Source of the DNA: Bacillota bacterium
GTDB taxonomy: Bacteria; Bacillota; Limnochordia; DTU087
NCBI GenBank assembly: GCA_012798695.1
Contig: JAAZMR010000028.1
Location: 57,168 to 121,167 of the forward strand
DNA: 64,000 nucleotides
Direction: 5' to 3'
The translations under genes and the position numbers were made by a program. This document shows positions 52,421 through 62,581 of this stretch, one piece after another; position 1 is the first letter of the stretch; every line of letters starts with the position of its first letter. Under the pieces are notes generated by a model that had not been told where the DNA came from, searched no databases, and worked only from the letters and a program-made list of their open reading frames with translations.

Positions 52421-54154
52421 TCAAGTTCCGGTTTCCTTCCCTTCCCTAACAGCATCTCTCAGATCCAATAGATCTTTCATGATGTGATACAGATTGGCCT
52501 CGTAGCCATCGGTTCCGAAGATATCGTGCAACTCCTTATACATTCCAAATAGCTTGTTATAGGTCTTCACATTGGTTGGGATAGGCTCAAACTGTCTCTC
52601 TTTCAACCCACCCATAGCTGCTTGGGCTGCCTCTACCGCAGCATGGCCACCATTTTCCGGGCCTGCTGCCACTGCGGCAAACATCGCTGCCCCAAGTGCA
52701 GGCGTCTGAGCAGATCGAGAGATTTTCATGGTCCGGTTAGTGACATCGGCATAGATTTGCATGAGCATCTCGTTTTTCTCGGCAATTCCACCACAATTGA
52801 TGACTTCCTCAATATGGACACCATATTCTTCTAGCCGCTCAATGATCACTCTAGAACCATAGGCTGTACCTTCGATCAACGCCCTATACATTTCCTCCGG
52901 ACGGGTCTGTAAAGTCTGACCTAACATGAGCCCACTAAGCCGTACATCCACCAAGATGGTGCGATTGCCGTTATTCCAGTCCAAAGCCAAGAGCCCACTT
53001 TCACCTGGTTGCTGTTTTTGGGCCTTTTTGGTGAGCAGTTGATGGATGTCCATCCCTTGCTGTTTAGCCTCTTCCTGATAGCTGGCAGGTACGCAGTGAT
53101 TTACAAACCAGTTAAAAATATCTCCCACTGCCGATTGTCCAGCTTCCAGCCCATAGTGGTCAGGCAAGACTGAACCCTCGACTATCCCACATATCCCCGG
53201 TACGTCTGGTAGACCTGTTTTGAGGCTGGCCACAGCTACATCACAGGTGGAGGTTCCGATGATTTTCACCAGGGTGCCTTCTTTAACCCCAGCCCCTACT
53301 GCTCCCATATGTGCATCAAAAGCGCCAACACTAACAGCTATGCCAGCCTTTAACCCCAGCCGTTCCGCCCATTCCTCTGTAAGCAAGCCGGCCCTTTCTC
53401 CTGCAGTATAAGCTGTATTGGGCAGAGACTCCCGTATCCTGCCGAGACGCGGCTCTAAGGAAACCAAGAACTCCTTATCCGGGTAGCCAGACCAATTGGA
53501 GTTGAACATAGCCTTGTGCCCTGCTGCACAGACTCCACGTTTGAGTTTGTCGGGCGCCACCGTCCCTGTAAGTAAACCAGGGATAATATCAGCAAGTTCT
53601 ACCCACGTATAGGCCGCATCAGAGACTTCCGGGTCCACCTTGAGGCAATGCCAGATCTTGGACCAAAACCATTCGGAGGAATAGGCACCACCGACTTTTG
53701 CCAGAAACTGTGGCCTAATCTCCGCGGCCCTAGCTGTGATAGCCCCGGCTTCCTCATAGGAAGTATGATCTTTCCAAAGCCAAGCCATGGCATTTGGGTT
53801 ATCCACAAATCGTGGGTCCAGTCCTAATGGGATGCCATGAGCATCTACTGGCATGGGAGTACTACCAGTTGTATCTACACCAATACCAATGATCTGATCA
53901 GGGCTGAAGTCTTTGCGATTAGCCTGCGCTTCTCGAATAGCACCACGGCCGGCAGCCTCTAACCCATCTAGATAGTCCCGTGGATCCTGACGGGCAACAT
54001 TAGGATCAACGGGATCGACAATTACCCCATCAACTCCGGCTTGGTAGTTGTATACACTAGTACCAACCTCTTCGCCGGTAGCAATATCCACGACCAATGC
54101 TCGCACGGAGTTAGTCCCATAATCAAAGCCTAAGGCAAAACGCCCGTTTTTCAA
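52421..54154 (-). CDS. araB: Ribulokinase (FGGY family)
   Basis: GFDYGTNSVRA, GVDTTGSTP, LWKDHT, YSSEWFWSK, CAAGHKAM, FDAHMGAVG, LALDWNNGNR. Confidence 0.9.
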   Translation of the reverse strand: MKNGRFALGFDYGTNSVRALVVDIATGEEVGTSVYNYQAGVDGVIVDPVDPNVARQDPRDYLDGLEAAGRGAIREAQANRKDFSPDQIIGIGVDTTGSTPMPVDAHGIPLGLDPRFVDNPNAMAWLWKDHTSYEEAGAITARAAEIRPQFLAKVGGAYSSEWFWSKIWHCLKVDPEVSDAAYTWVELADIIPGLLTGTVAPDKLKRGVCAAGHKAMFNSNWSGYPDKEFLVSLEPRLGRIRESLPNTAYTAGERAGLLTEEWAERLGLKAGIAVSVGAFDAHMGAVGAGVKEGTLVKIIGTSTCDVAVASLKTGLPDVPGICGIVEGSVLPDHYGLEAGQSAVGDIFNWFVNHCVPASYQEEAKQQGMDIHQLLTKKAQKQQPGESGLLALDWNNGNRTILVDVRLSGLMLGQTLQTRPEEMYRALIEGTAYGSRVIIERLEEYGVHIEEVINCGGIAEKNEMLMQIYADVTNRTMKISRSAQTPALGAAMFAAVAAGPENGGHAAVEAAQAAMGGLKERQFEPIPTNVKTYNKLFGMYKELHDIFGTDGYEANLYHIMKDLLDLRDAVREGKETGT

Positions 54155-54484
54155 GGCAAATCCCCCTTCCACACGTTATCTACTATTGTCTTTGTGCGCA
54201 AACTACCATCATTCTCCTAACTTGCCTAGGAATGTATTCGAAAAAGAATGAAAAAAACCTGCAGAGGCAGAGCAATAGATATCCTTAGGGAAGCCCTGGT
54301 ACCACGCAGCTTCGCATTATCCCGCCGCCAGCTGCAGATGCCTACACCTACCGATTGCTTTGTGAGAGCTTTGAAAAAGGTAATCCCGAGATCTCCGACG
54401 AATTCTTGTTTGAATAGGCTTTTTGCTGCGAATTACCGGTAGTGAAATATCATGGCCAGCGAATGAGAAAGGAAGGCATCAGCT

Positions 54485-55264
54485 ATGGCAGTTATTTACG
54501 CCATCGCCAGCCAAAAAGGTGGAGTTGGCAAGACAACCACTGTGCTTAATCTAGGGGCTGCCCTTGCCGAGATGGGCTGTAGAGTCTTGCTGGTAGATTT
54601 AGATCCCCAAGGGGGACTTACCCTGTCATGTGGATATGAGCCGGATTCCTTGGAAACCACGATCTATGATGCTCTGCGTCGCTCTCAGAGTGCTGAACCA
54701 TATATTCTCAAGACATCATTTGGTGCCCACCTGCTGCCAGCCAATGTGGATCTAGCACTATCCGAAATGGAGTTAGTTGGCAGCCTAGCCAGGGAACGGC
54801 GACTAGCCATGGTGCTTGTGCCGGTACGCCACCAGTATGACGTAATCCTGATCGATTGCCAGCCATCTCTAGGCCTGCTTACGGTTAATGCCCTGGCCTT
54901 AGCTGATTATCTTCTGATTCCGGTTGCCTGTGAGTATCTGGCACAGAAGGCCATTCAGGGTCTTTTGAAACTGGTCAAGAAAGTACAAGTACATTACAAC
55001 AGCCAGCTGACTATAGCTGGCCTATTACCCACCATGTTTGACCGCCGGACCAATCATACAGCAGAGGTGCTGAAGGAGCTGCACGAGACCTTTGAGCCGC
55101 AAATCCGGGTATACGAATATATAGTTTATCGAAGCATTCGGTTCGCCGAATCGGCAGCGGCCGCGAAACCTATCATCCACTATGCCCGCAGCATTCCCGG
55201 TGCCGATGCTTATCGTGACCTGGCCCGGGAGATCTTCGTCAGCCTGCCGACAACAGCCAGATAG
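54485..55264 (+). CDS. ParA/Soj-family ATPase (orphan)
   Basis: QKGGVGKTTT deviant Walker A, DLDPQG, IDCQPSLG, TMFDRR; no parB adjacent. Confidence 0.9.
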   Translation: MAVIYAIASQKGGVGKTTTVLNLGAALAEMGCRVLLVDLDPQGGLTLSCGYEPDSLETTIYDALRRSQSAEPYILKTSFGAHLLPANVDLALSEMELVGSLARERRLAMVLVPVRHQYDVILIDCQPSLGLLTVNALALADYLLIPVACEYLAQKAIQGLLKLVKKVQVHYNSQLTIAGLLPTMFDRRTNHTAEVLKELHETFEPQIRVYEYIVYRSIRFAESAAAAKPIIHYARSIPGADAYRDLAREIFVSLPTTAR

Positions 55265-55339
55265 ATACACCCTCGCGAAGCACCACCAACTTATCCTTTG
55301 ATCGATCCTGCCAGCAGTCCCCGCACAAAGTAACAATAC

Positions 55340-55918
55340 TTACTTTTCGCCGGTTTCTTGGTAATGCTGGGCGAGATAATGTTTCCGCCCGATTGCATAG
55401 AGATCATTCCCCAGGGGGTCTACGGCCACGATTAAAGGAAGGTCTTCTACCACTAAGCGCCTGATCGCCTCAGGCCCTAGTTCAGGATAAGCCACAACAG
55501 CTGCTTCCCTAACCGAACGGGCAATTAGTGCACCGGCACCTCCGATGGCAGCAAGGTAGATGGCGTGGTGCGCGGCTATGGTGTGCACGACTTCTCTGGC
55601 AAGGGGGCCCTTGCCAATGATGGCCTTAAGTCCTGCAGCGAAAAGTTGAGGTGTATAAGGATCCATCCGCCCACTGGTAGTGGGTCCGATAGACCCAGTG
55701 ATTTGGCCGGGCCGAGCCGGACTGGGCCCAGTGAAGTAAATAGTAGCTCCCGCCAATTTGATCGGCAAATCTGTACCTGCAGCCAGAAGCCGCACCAACC
55801 GTTGGCAAGCGGCATCCCGAGCTGTAAAGATTTCTCCACTCAAGAGAAGCCTCTCACCCGCCTCCAGCTGCTTGATGTCATGATCAGTAAGAGGTGTTCG
55901 CAGCCGCTGCTTAGCCAT
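55340..55918 (-). CDS. Class I fumarate hydratase / tartrate dehydratase family, beta subunit
   Basis: FTARDAA, GPTTSGRMD, IGKG, GGAGAL, ELGPEAI; overlaps the alpha subunit stop. Confidence 0.9.
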   Translation of the reverse strand: MAKQRLRTPLTDHDIKQLEAGERLLLSGEIFTARDAACQRLVRLLAAGTDLPIKLAGATIYFTGPSPARPGQITGSIGPTTSGRMDPYTPQLFAAGLKAIIGKGPLAREVVHTIAAHHAIYLAAIGGAGALIARSVREAAVVAYPELGPEAIRRLVVEDLPLIVAVDPLGNDLYAIGRKHYLAQHYQETGEK

Positions 55919-56798
55919 TTGAACACTCACCGCCTTTTCTTTGGATAGATTCCCCCACGAGAATAATAGAGCGGCTGCGAGTGGCATGACAGCCGATATT
56001 CACGGCTACCGGCAATCCTGCTATGTGAGTAGGGAAGACCTCAACATTCACTCCCAGTACGGTAGTAGCTCCCCCAAATCCCTGAGGTCCTATCCCCAAA
56101 TCATTGATTTCATGACAAAGGTCTGTCTCCAACTGCCGCAGTGCTGCCACGGGATTGGGCTGAGCTAACGAGCGAACCAGCGCTTTCTTAGCTAGTAATG
56201 CGGCCTGCTCCATCGTCCCTCCTACCCCAACCCCTACTACCATAGGCGGACAGGGGTTGCCTCCCGCTTGGCCTACCGCTTCCAAGACATAACGCTTCAC
56301 TCCTGGTAACCCATCAGCCGGCCTCAACATCTTGAGGCCGCTCATATTCTCACTGCCAAACCCCTTGGGGGCAATAGTAATCCTCAGTTCATGCCCAGGT
56401 ACCACATCATAGTGAATGACTGCCGGAGTATTATCACCTGTGTTCCGGCGCTGGAAGGGATCCCTGACTACCGAAGCCCTTAGATAACCCCTCTGGTAGC
56501 CTTCCCTGACTCCGTCATTAATGGCATCAGTCAAAAACCCACCCTCAATGCAAACATCCTGCCCGAACTCAACAAAAACCACCACCATACCACAATCCTG
56601 GCAGATGGGGATCTGCTGTTCGGCAGCAATGGCCGCGTTCCGTAAGAGAGCCTTCAAGATATCTTTGCCAATGGGAGAGCTTTCCTTGACTACTGCAGCT
56701 TCTAGAGAATGCCGGATATCATCTGGTAGATAGTAGTTGGCCTCCATGCAGAGTCTGGCCACTGCAGACGATATCTCCTGTACGTGAATACCAGCCAC
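55911..56798 (-). CDS. Class I fumarate hydratase / tartrate dehydratase family, Fe-S alpha subunit
   Basis: [57 protein letters not shown]. Confidence 0.92.
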   Translation of the reverse strand: MAGIHVQEISSAVARLCMEANYYLPDDIRHSLEAAVVKESSPIGKDILKALLRNAAIAAEQQIPICQDCGMVVVFVEFGQDVCIEGGFLTDAINDGVREGYQRGYLRASVVRDPFQRRNTGDNTPAVIHYDVVPGHELRITIAPKGFGSENMSGLKMLRPADGLPGVKRYVLEAVGQAGGNPCPPMVVGVGVGGTMEQAALLAKKALVRSLAQPNPVAALRQLETDLCHEINDLGIGPQGFGGATTVLGVNVEVFPTHIAGLPVAVNIGCHATRSRSIILVGESIQRKGGECSNG

Positions 56799-56947
56799 CC
56801 CCGTACCCCCCTACCCCAGTACTCGTTGCTTTATGTCCAGTTGTTTGCTCAAACGATGGCGATATCTACTTGTTTCTGTGGATATTACCTCTTTCCTCCA
56901 TCAGGGATCGAGGCCGAGCCAAGGCCCCGACATCGAAGCCATCAGAC

Positions 56948-59308
56948 TTAGCCTTGGGCCCGCTGCTCCAAGATCAAACTCAAAACCAGACCGGCAGCAT
57001 ATACGCTGGTAGTTCCCCCAGCCACGACCCCGGAATCATTGAAAATCAAGGCCACGAGACTGGCTGTAATAGTAGAAAAGACTATTCCCCGGACCGGTGG
57101 ATGCTCACCCATAGCAATTTGGACAGCCGGGGTAGGCCGATAGACCAAAATCGCCATAACACCCAAAGCCACCAAAAGCCCTTTGCTCCAGATACTATAG
57201 CGCATCAGCTTTAGATTCATCGATAATTTCCGTTGCAGGATCCTGCCTATCTCGGACCAATCTCCCTGTGTAACCACCCTCAGAGCTCGAGTGACATGAG
57301 ATCCTGTTCCCGCCAAGGGAACCAAATTGATCCAGAGGACACCTATTATGATGACAACCACCACAAGCATGGTCGTCTTCCGCCCAACATGGCTCCATAA
57401 CCCATAGGCCAAAGGAAAAGCAGTTAACGCGGTAATGGTGCCACCAGCATTGGCTCCTAGATTAGGCGAGGCCAAGAGAACGATCACTGCCAAAAACCAC
57501 AAGAGTACTATGGCCGTTACCCGTGGCCAATACTCCCGTACCACTAAGGCAGTTAGCAATGATGACCCTATGAGGATACCCATATATTCATTCCCGATAC
57601 CGTAGAAACGCGCCCCCAACATCACGTCATACCCTAGAGGAGAAAACTTGATCAGGGGGCTGCCCAGACAAATGTCGAGGACGAGACTCACCGCGGTCAG
57701 GCCGCAAACTACTGCGTATTTGCTTTCCATGCTAGGAGCTAAATACCAGGTTGTGCCTGTAAACAATAAAGCTATGGCCAATGTATAGAAAAAAGCGAAC
57801 AGTACGGTTGCTGGCCGTAAGACCGGCAGTATTAGCAGTGCCAAGGGCATAGAGGCAACCAAAAGCAAGGCAAAGGAGATAAAGGCGGTCCACTTCCTCG
57901 GTAAGCTGGGGAATGCAATTAAGAATCCAAAGGCAGTCAAATAGATGACAATTTCCAAGCTCACAAAGGCTCTAAGTAGAGGCGGACGCTGCTTATAGGT
58001 AGCCGCACTGCGGGTGAGAAGCTCTTGGAGATAATCAAACTCCAATTCGAGCTGATTGCTCCGAGCCAAAGTGATATCAGTCTCTCCACCATCACTACTA
58101 CCTTTTCTCTCGAAACCAATTACAGCAGGCTGCATTGTACTAGTAATCACAGCCCCCGGCAGCCCTTTTGGCCATCGGAGTCCGAGCCAAGAAAGAACCG
58201 AAGGGGCAATATCGTAGTTGGTTACTACGCCACAGCGCCGTGTAGTTCTGCTGATTAGAAATCCCGGCATAATACCGGGTCCCGCAATCATCATGGGAGT
58301 TAGCAGTCTGCCTCCAGCAATGTCCTCTCCAGTGGGTATGGGGCTGGCAACCATCACCCACTCTCGGTCCAAATCCACTTCCTCCAACAGCTGATCTAGA
58401 AACCATTCGATACCTCCCAGAGCCTCGCGGCGATAATATTGGTATTGCGATACCCTGAGCTGTTTGCGTTCCGCTTCCACCCTATCCATATCGCCTAGAT
58501 CTACTACGACGAATTGGGCTATAGGTCTGACTCCTAGATAGGCATGCCAGAGCGCTTCTAGGTTGCTGCGGCGGCCAGTGGGGAACAGCGGGTCCAGATG
58601 GTTCATCCCAGCCCCGACTTTACCCACCGGCACTTGACCTCTACCATCCATGGCAATTAACGCCGCCCACCTCTGGTATTCGTCACTATCGGCATCGCCG
58701 ATAAGTGCAACCCCTTTCCCCGCTTGCCGCAAGGCTTCGCCTATGACTCCCACCTGCTCAGTACCTACAGAAGCCAGGTTGTTGGCCTTGATACTCTCAA
58801 TATCCAGCACAACTATACTATCTGATACTGCCTCCCAGCCGGTCCGGCGACGATAAATATCGCCGGCTTTCTGGTCATGGTATTCCTCACGGGCGGGTAA
58901 AGCCAGCTTGGCTCCGGCAGCACCCACCACTCGAAAACCACCCCCGATTGTGGTATAGGCATTCTCAGGGGTGAGGCCTCCCCCAGTGCGAGTATTCATC
59001 AGACCGATCCCGCCGATATGTGCCAGACGCTCCAGAGAGCCACCGGTCTGTGCCCTCAGATCCTCTAAGGATAGGCGGTTGACTACAACTAGAGTAACCC
59101 GCTCCAGGCGATTGGCTGCAGTACTAGAAAGTATTTCTGCCCTCTTAGCTTCATGCGCAGCGGCTTGCGAGTGTAAGCGAGATGGGCTGATAGTTGTTTT
59201 TACTGCGACAGAGTGCCCTAAGTAGACCAAGAGGAACAAAACTAGCATAACAGCCACCCAGTTTCCGAACTTACTCTGCCCACCCTCACAGCACAAATCA
59301 TCACTCAC
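56948..59308 (-). CDS. Uncharacterised membrane protein: extracytoplasmic phosphatase-like domain plus about 10 TM helices
   Basis: N-terminal TM, GLMNTRT, TRRCGVVTNYDIAPSVL, GARFYGIGNEYMG, GANAGG, NDSGV; start uncertain. Confidence 0.7.
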   Translation of the reverse strand: MSDDLCCEGGQSKFGNWVAVMLVLFLLVYLGHSVAVKTTISPSRLHSQAAAHEAKRAEILSSTAANRLERVTLVVVNRLSLEDLRAQTGGSLERLAHIGGIGLMNTRTGGGLTPENAYTTIGGGFRVVGAAGAKLALPAREEYHDQKAGDIYRRRTGWEAVSDSIVVLDIESIKANNLASVGTEQVGVIGEALRQAGKGVALIGDADSDEYQRWAALIAMDGRGQVPVGKVGAGMNHLDPLFPTGRRSNLEALWHAYLGVRPIAQFVVVDLGDMDRVEAERKQLRVSQYQYYRREALGGIEWFLDQLLEEVDLDREWVMVASPIPTGEDIAGGRLLTPMMIAGPGIMPGFLISRTTRRCGVVTNYDIAPSVLSWLGLRWPKGLPGAVITSTMQPAVIGFERKGSSDGGETDITLARSNQLELEFDYLQELLTRSAATYKQRPPLLRAFVSLEIVIYLTAFGFLIAFPSLPRKWTAFISFALLLVASMPLALLILPVLRPATVLFAFFYTLAIALLFTGTTWYLAPSMESKYAVVCGLTAVSLVLDICLGSPLIKFSPLGYDVMLGARFYGIGNEYMGILIGSSLLTALVVREYWPRVTAIVLLWFLAVIVLLASPNLGANAGGTITALTAFPLAYGLWSHVGRKTTMLVVVVIIIGVLWINLVPLAGTGSHVTRALRVVTQGDWSEIGRILQRKLSMNLKLMRYSIWSKGLLVALGVMAILVYRPTPAVQIAMGEHPPVRGIVFSTITASLVALIFNDSGVVAGGTTSVYAAGLVLSLILEQRAQG

Positions 59309-59324
59309 CCTTCCCTTGGCGAAT

Positions 59325-60542
59325 TTAGAGCTCAGTCCTCTGACAAATGCGCTGATAAACTCTCTCCACTTGATCTACCATGAAATGAGCATCAAAATGC
59401 TTCTTAGCATACTCCGCCGCCTCTGAACCCAACCGTTTGGCCAAAGGGCGATCCCTCGCCACAGCCAGCAGAGCTTGCGTAAGTTCTTCTACCTCACCAG
59501 GCGATACCAAGATGCCTGTGCGACCAGCTTCCACCATCTCGGGAATCCCGCCTACCCGAGTTGCGATCACCGGAATACCCGCAACCATAGCCTCCATGAG
59601 GCTAAGAGGCCAACCCTCTGTCAAAGAAGGCAACACAAAAGTATCGAAAGCTGGAAACAAGTGCCGGGCTGTATCGCAAAACCCCAAAAAGCGTACATGG
59701 TCACTGAGGCCCCTAGCTTGCGCATCTTGCTTCAATTCTTCCTTGAGGGGGCCATCACCCATGATCACAAATCGCAATGTTGATTCCACTGCGACTACTC
59801 GAGCAGCTGCTGCCAGCAAAATGTCAATTCCCTTTTCCCGAGTCAGACGACAGGCGGTACCTACCACAAAGATATTGGCATCTTCTGCCCAACCCCATTG
59901 AGCCCGGTGATTTGCCCGAGCATCGACCATCCGATTCGGCTCATGTGTTTTATCCAGCAAAACACCATTGGGAATAAAGCTCACTTTCTCGGCAGGACAA
60001 CCGATGGTCTGGAGAAGCTCATCTCTAATACCTGGAGAGACGGCAATGAAATGGGTAGTACCTTTGGCTAGGAGTCTTTCCATGAATTGGCGCCATCTAC
60101 GTTGTTGCACATCCCGATGTGTTGGCAAGATCTCGTTATGATAGCTTACCACTACCGGATAGTTGAGCTTGTTTCCGTAGTTTAGTGCCAAACGGGTAAC
60201 TAGACCGGCTTTGGCGCCATGAGCATGGACTATATCAAAGGGATGGCGGTGAAGGAAGCGAGCAAACCGCCGGATAACCAGTGGATCGACCCAAGGGCGT
60301 ACGCCATCACCAATATCCAGAGGCAAGATCCGGCAGACCCCGATCGTTCTTAGACGTTGCATCAGCGTTTCTTCTATTGAGCAGGCCACGGTAATCTCAT
60401 AGCCGGCTCGCCTTAATCCAGCCATCAAGATTTCCACATGGGTTAACATACCTCCGGCTGCGGGCCGGATAACTTGAAGTATTCGGGAGATATTACTCAC
60501 TCCTTGCGACCAACATGATGTCTCTGCCCTATTCTGGCCCAC
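59325..60542 (-). CDS. Glycosyltransferase family 4
   Basis: RPAAGGM, HAHGAKAG, IPNGV, RL..EKG, PSLTEGWPLSLMEAM (EX7E); start uncertain. Confidence 0.92.
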   Translation of the reverse strand: MGQNRAETSCWSQGVSNISRILQVIRPAAGGMLTHVEILMAGLRRAGYEITVACSIEETLMQRLRTIGVCRILPLDIGDGVRPWVDPLVIRRFARFLHRHPFDIVHAHGAKAGLVTRLALNYGNKLNYPVVVSYHNEILPTHRDVQQRRWRQFMERLLAKGTTHFIAVSPGIRDELLQTIGCPAEKVSFIPNGVLLDKTHEPNRMVDARANHRAQWGWAEDANIFVVGTACRLTREKGIDILLAAAARVVAVESTLRFVIMGDGPLKEELKQDAQARGLSDHVRFLGFCDTARHLFPAFDTFVLPSLTEGWPLSLMEAMVAGIPVIATRVGGIPEMVEAGRTGILVSPGEVEELTQALLAVARDRPLAKRLGSEAAEYAKKHFDAHFMVDQVERVYQRICQRTEL

Positions 60543-60589
60543 CTTCTATTTTTCCCCTTACCGGTAGTATCATCCTCATTGCAGCGCAC

Positions 60590-60624
60590 AAAAAACCAGG
60601 AAATGCCTGATTGCACTCCCTGGT
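60590..60624 (-). terminator. Intrinsic terminator after nadE
   Basis: Minus strand ACCAGGGAGTGC-aatcag-GCATTTCCTGGT then TTTTT. Confidence 0.7.
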
Positions 60625-60678
60625 CTCTAGCACGTACTGTAGTTTTTGCTATCTCTATCTCCAATAAGCTAGCACCGG

Positions 60679-62358
60679 TTATGTAAGCGCCTCTTCCGCT
60701 ATTTCTACAGAAGATGCTTCACTGCCATCGTCATCCCACAGCCACTGATAGCTCGATACCAAAGGCATCCGCCAGCCGCTGCCAAACCCCCGCTTCGATA
60801 CTCTCAACCCCGGAGCAGCCTGGTTCCGCTTATACTCAGTCCGCAAGAGAAGCCGGAGAACACGATCAACGGTCTCTATCGGATAGCCTGCTTCCCTAAC
60901 TTCATGTCTAGTCTTGCCTTCCTCGATAAACAACCGCAAGATGCCGTCAAGGATACTGTAAGGGGGCAGAGTGTCTGTATCTTTCTGATCGGGCCGCAAT
61001 TCAGCCGAGGGAGGCTTAGTCATGGTCGACGCCGGGATAATCGCTTGCTCCCGATTGATCCAATTGGCTAGACGATAGACATCAGATTTGTAGACATCAC
61101 TGAGCACCGCTAGGCTCCCACACATATCACCATACAAAGTAGTATATCCCACCGCCAGCTCCGATTTGTTGCTGGCATTGAGTAACAGCCAGCCATACTT
61201 GTTGGAAAGAGCCATCCAGAACAGCCCTCGCAACCGGGCCTGGATATTCTCCTCAACTACGTCCAGATTGATGTCAATAAAGCAATCTGCCATAGTCCCC
61301 TTTACACTAGCCAAGGCATCAGAGATAGGGATGATCTGCATATCACAGCCTAGGTTCTTTGCCAAGGCCCGGGCATCAATCATAGAACTAGTGGGTGAAT
61401 AAGGACTGGGTAGAGAAATGCCGTGGACATACTCCGGTCCCAAGGCTGCAACGGCCAGACAAGCCACTACAGCCGAATCCAACCCCCCGGACAAACCCAA
61501 TACGACATCAGTAAACCCAGATTTCCTCATATAATCCCGTATACCCAGAATCAGAGCATCATGCAACATGGCGATGGAATTAGTAGTAACTGGTGGCATT
61601 TCGCCCCTCAACTTACGATCTTCCATCTCCACGATTAGGAGCTCTTCCCGAAAAGGCTGAGTCCTGGCACAGATGTTTCCCTCAGCATCTACAGCCAGCG
61701 ATTGTCCAGCAAAAATCGATTCATCATTGGCACCTACCTGGTTAACCCAAATCACCGGTTTGGCGGTCTTGCGAGCCCTTTGGCTCAGCAATCCTTGGAT
61801 AGCAGCCTCCTGGCCAAAATAGTAAGGGAAACTGCCGATATTGACCAAAAGATCCGCTCCCGCTCCGGCTTGGGTCTGCATGAGGCTATCTGGTCCCCCT
61901 AGCTCTTCCCCGATCGTGACACCTATGGACAAACCGTCTAGATCAAAGCAGTCAGTGGACTGGCCTGAGGCAAAATACCGTGCCTCATCCAATAAATCGT
62001 AATCTGCCAACACCCGCTTATGCCGAGAAATGATACCTCCCTGGCCATCTAGCAAAAAGGCAGTATTGTATAGGGCCTTCTCCAGTCCTAGGCCATTAGG
62101 AAGGCTTTCAACCCCACCGATGATTACCGCAATACCCTGGATACTCTTCCGCAGTGTCTCCACAGCCTTCATGGCGGCAGTTACAAACCCACTGCGAGTC
62201 AGAAGGTCCCGGGGAGGATAGCCGGTAATAGCCATTTCCGGGAACACGATTAGGCGACACCCCTGCTTTTTGGCCCGGGCAGCATATTCCTGGATCCTAC
62301 GAGTATTACCCTTCAGATCCCCGATTGCAAAATTCAGCTGTGCTAGTGCGATCTTCAA
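60679..62358 (-). CDS. nadE: NAD+ synthetase, two-domain (nitrilase + synthetase) architecture
   Basis: LAQLN, FPE..TGYPP, LGLSGGLDS, ENIQARLRG, NKSE.AVGY.TLYGD, PPSAELRPDQKD. Confidence 0.93.
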   Translation of the reverse strand: MKIALAQLNFAIGDLKGNTRRIQEYAARAKKQGCRLIVFPEMAITGYPPRDLLTRSGFVTAAMKAVETLRKSIQGIAVIIGGVESLPNGLGLEKALYNTAFLLDGQGGIISRHKRVLADYDLLDEARYFASGQSTDCFDLDGLSIGVTIGEELGGPDSLMQTQAGAGADLLVNIGSFPYYFGQEAAIQGLLSQRARKTAKPVIWVNQVGANDESIFAGQSLAVDAEGNICARTQPFREELLIVEMEDRKLRGEMPPVTTNSIAMLHDALILGIRDYMRKSGFTDVVLGLSGGLDSAVVACLAVAALGPEYVHGISLPSPYSPTSSMIDARALAKNLGCDMQIIPISDALASVKGTMADCFIDINLDVVEENIQARLRGLFWMALSNKYGWLLLNASNKSELAVGYTTLYGDMCGSLAVLSDVYKSDVYRLANWINREQAIIPASTMTKPPSAELRPDQKDTDTLPPYSILDGILRLFIEEGKTRHEVREAGYPIETVDRVLRLLLRTEYKRNQAAPGLRVSKRGFGSGWRMPLVSSYQWLWDDDGSEASSVEIAEEALT

Positions 62359-62581
62359 ACAATCACCTTCCCTTTGTAGAGAACACCTCTGGCCTTTCCA
62401 TTATATATCATTCTAGCAGGCTGGCCAGGGCCTATGCAAGACGTACCAGGCTGGATTCAGAGACTCTCTGCCGAAATGTGATATAATAGCCAAAACGAGT
62501 AAGAGTTCACCCGTCCATTCGCCATTCAATGATCGGCAAAGATGGGGCGCCCTATAGACACATTCTAGAGGATGAGTGACC

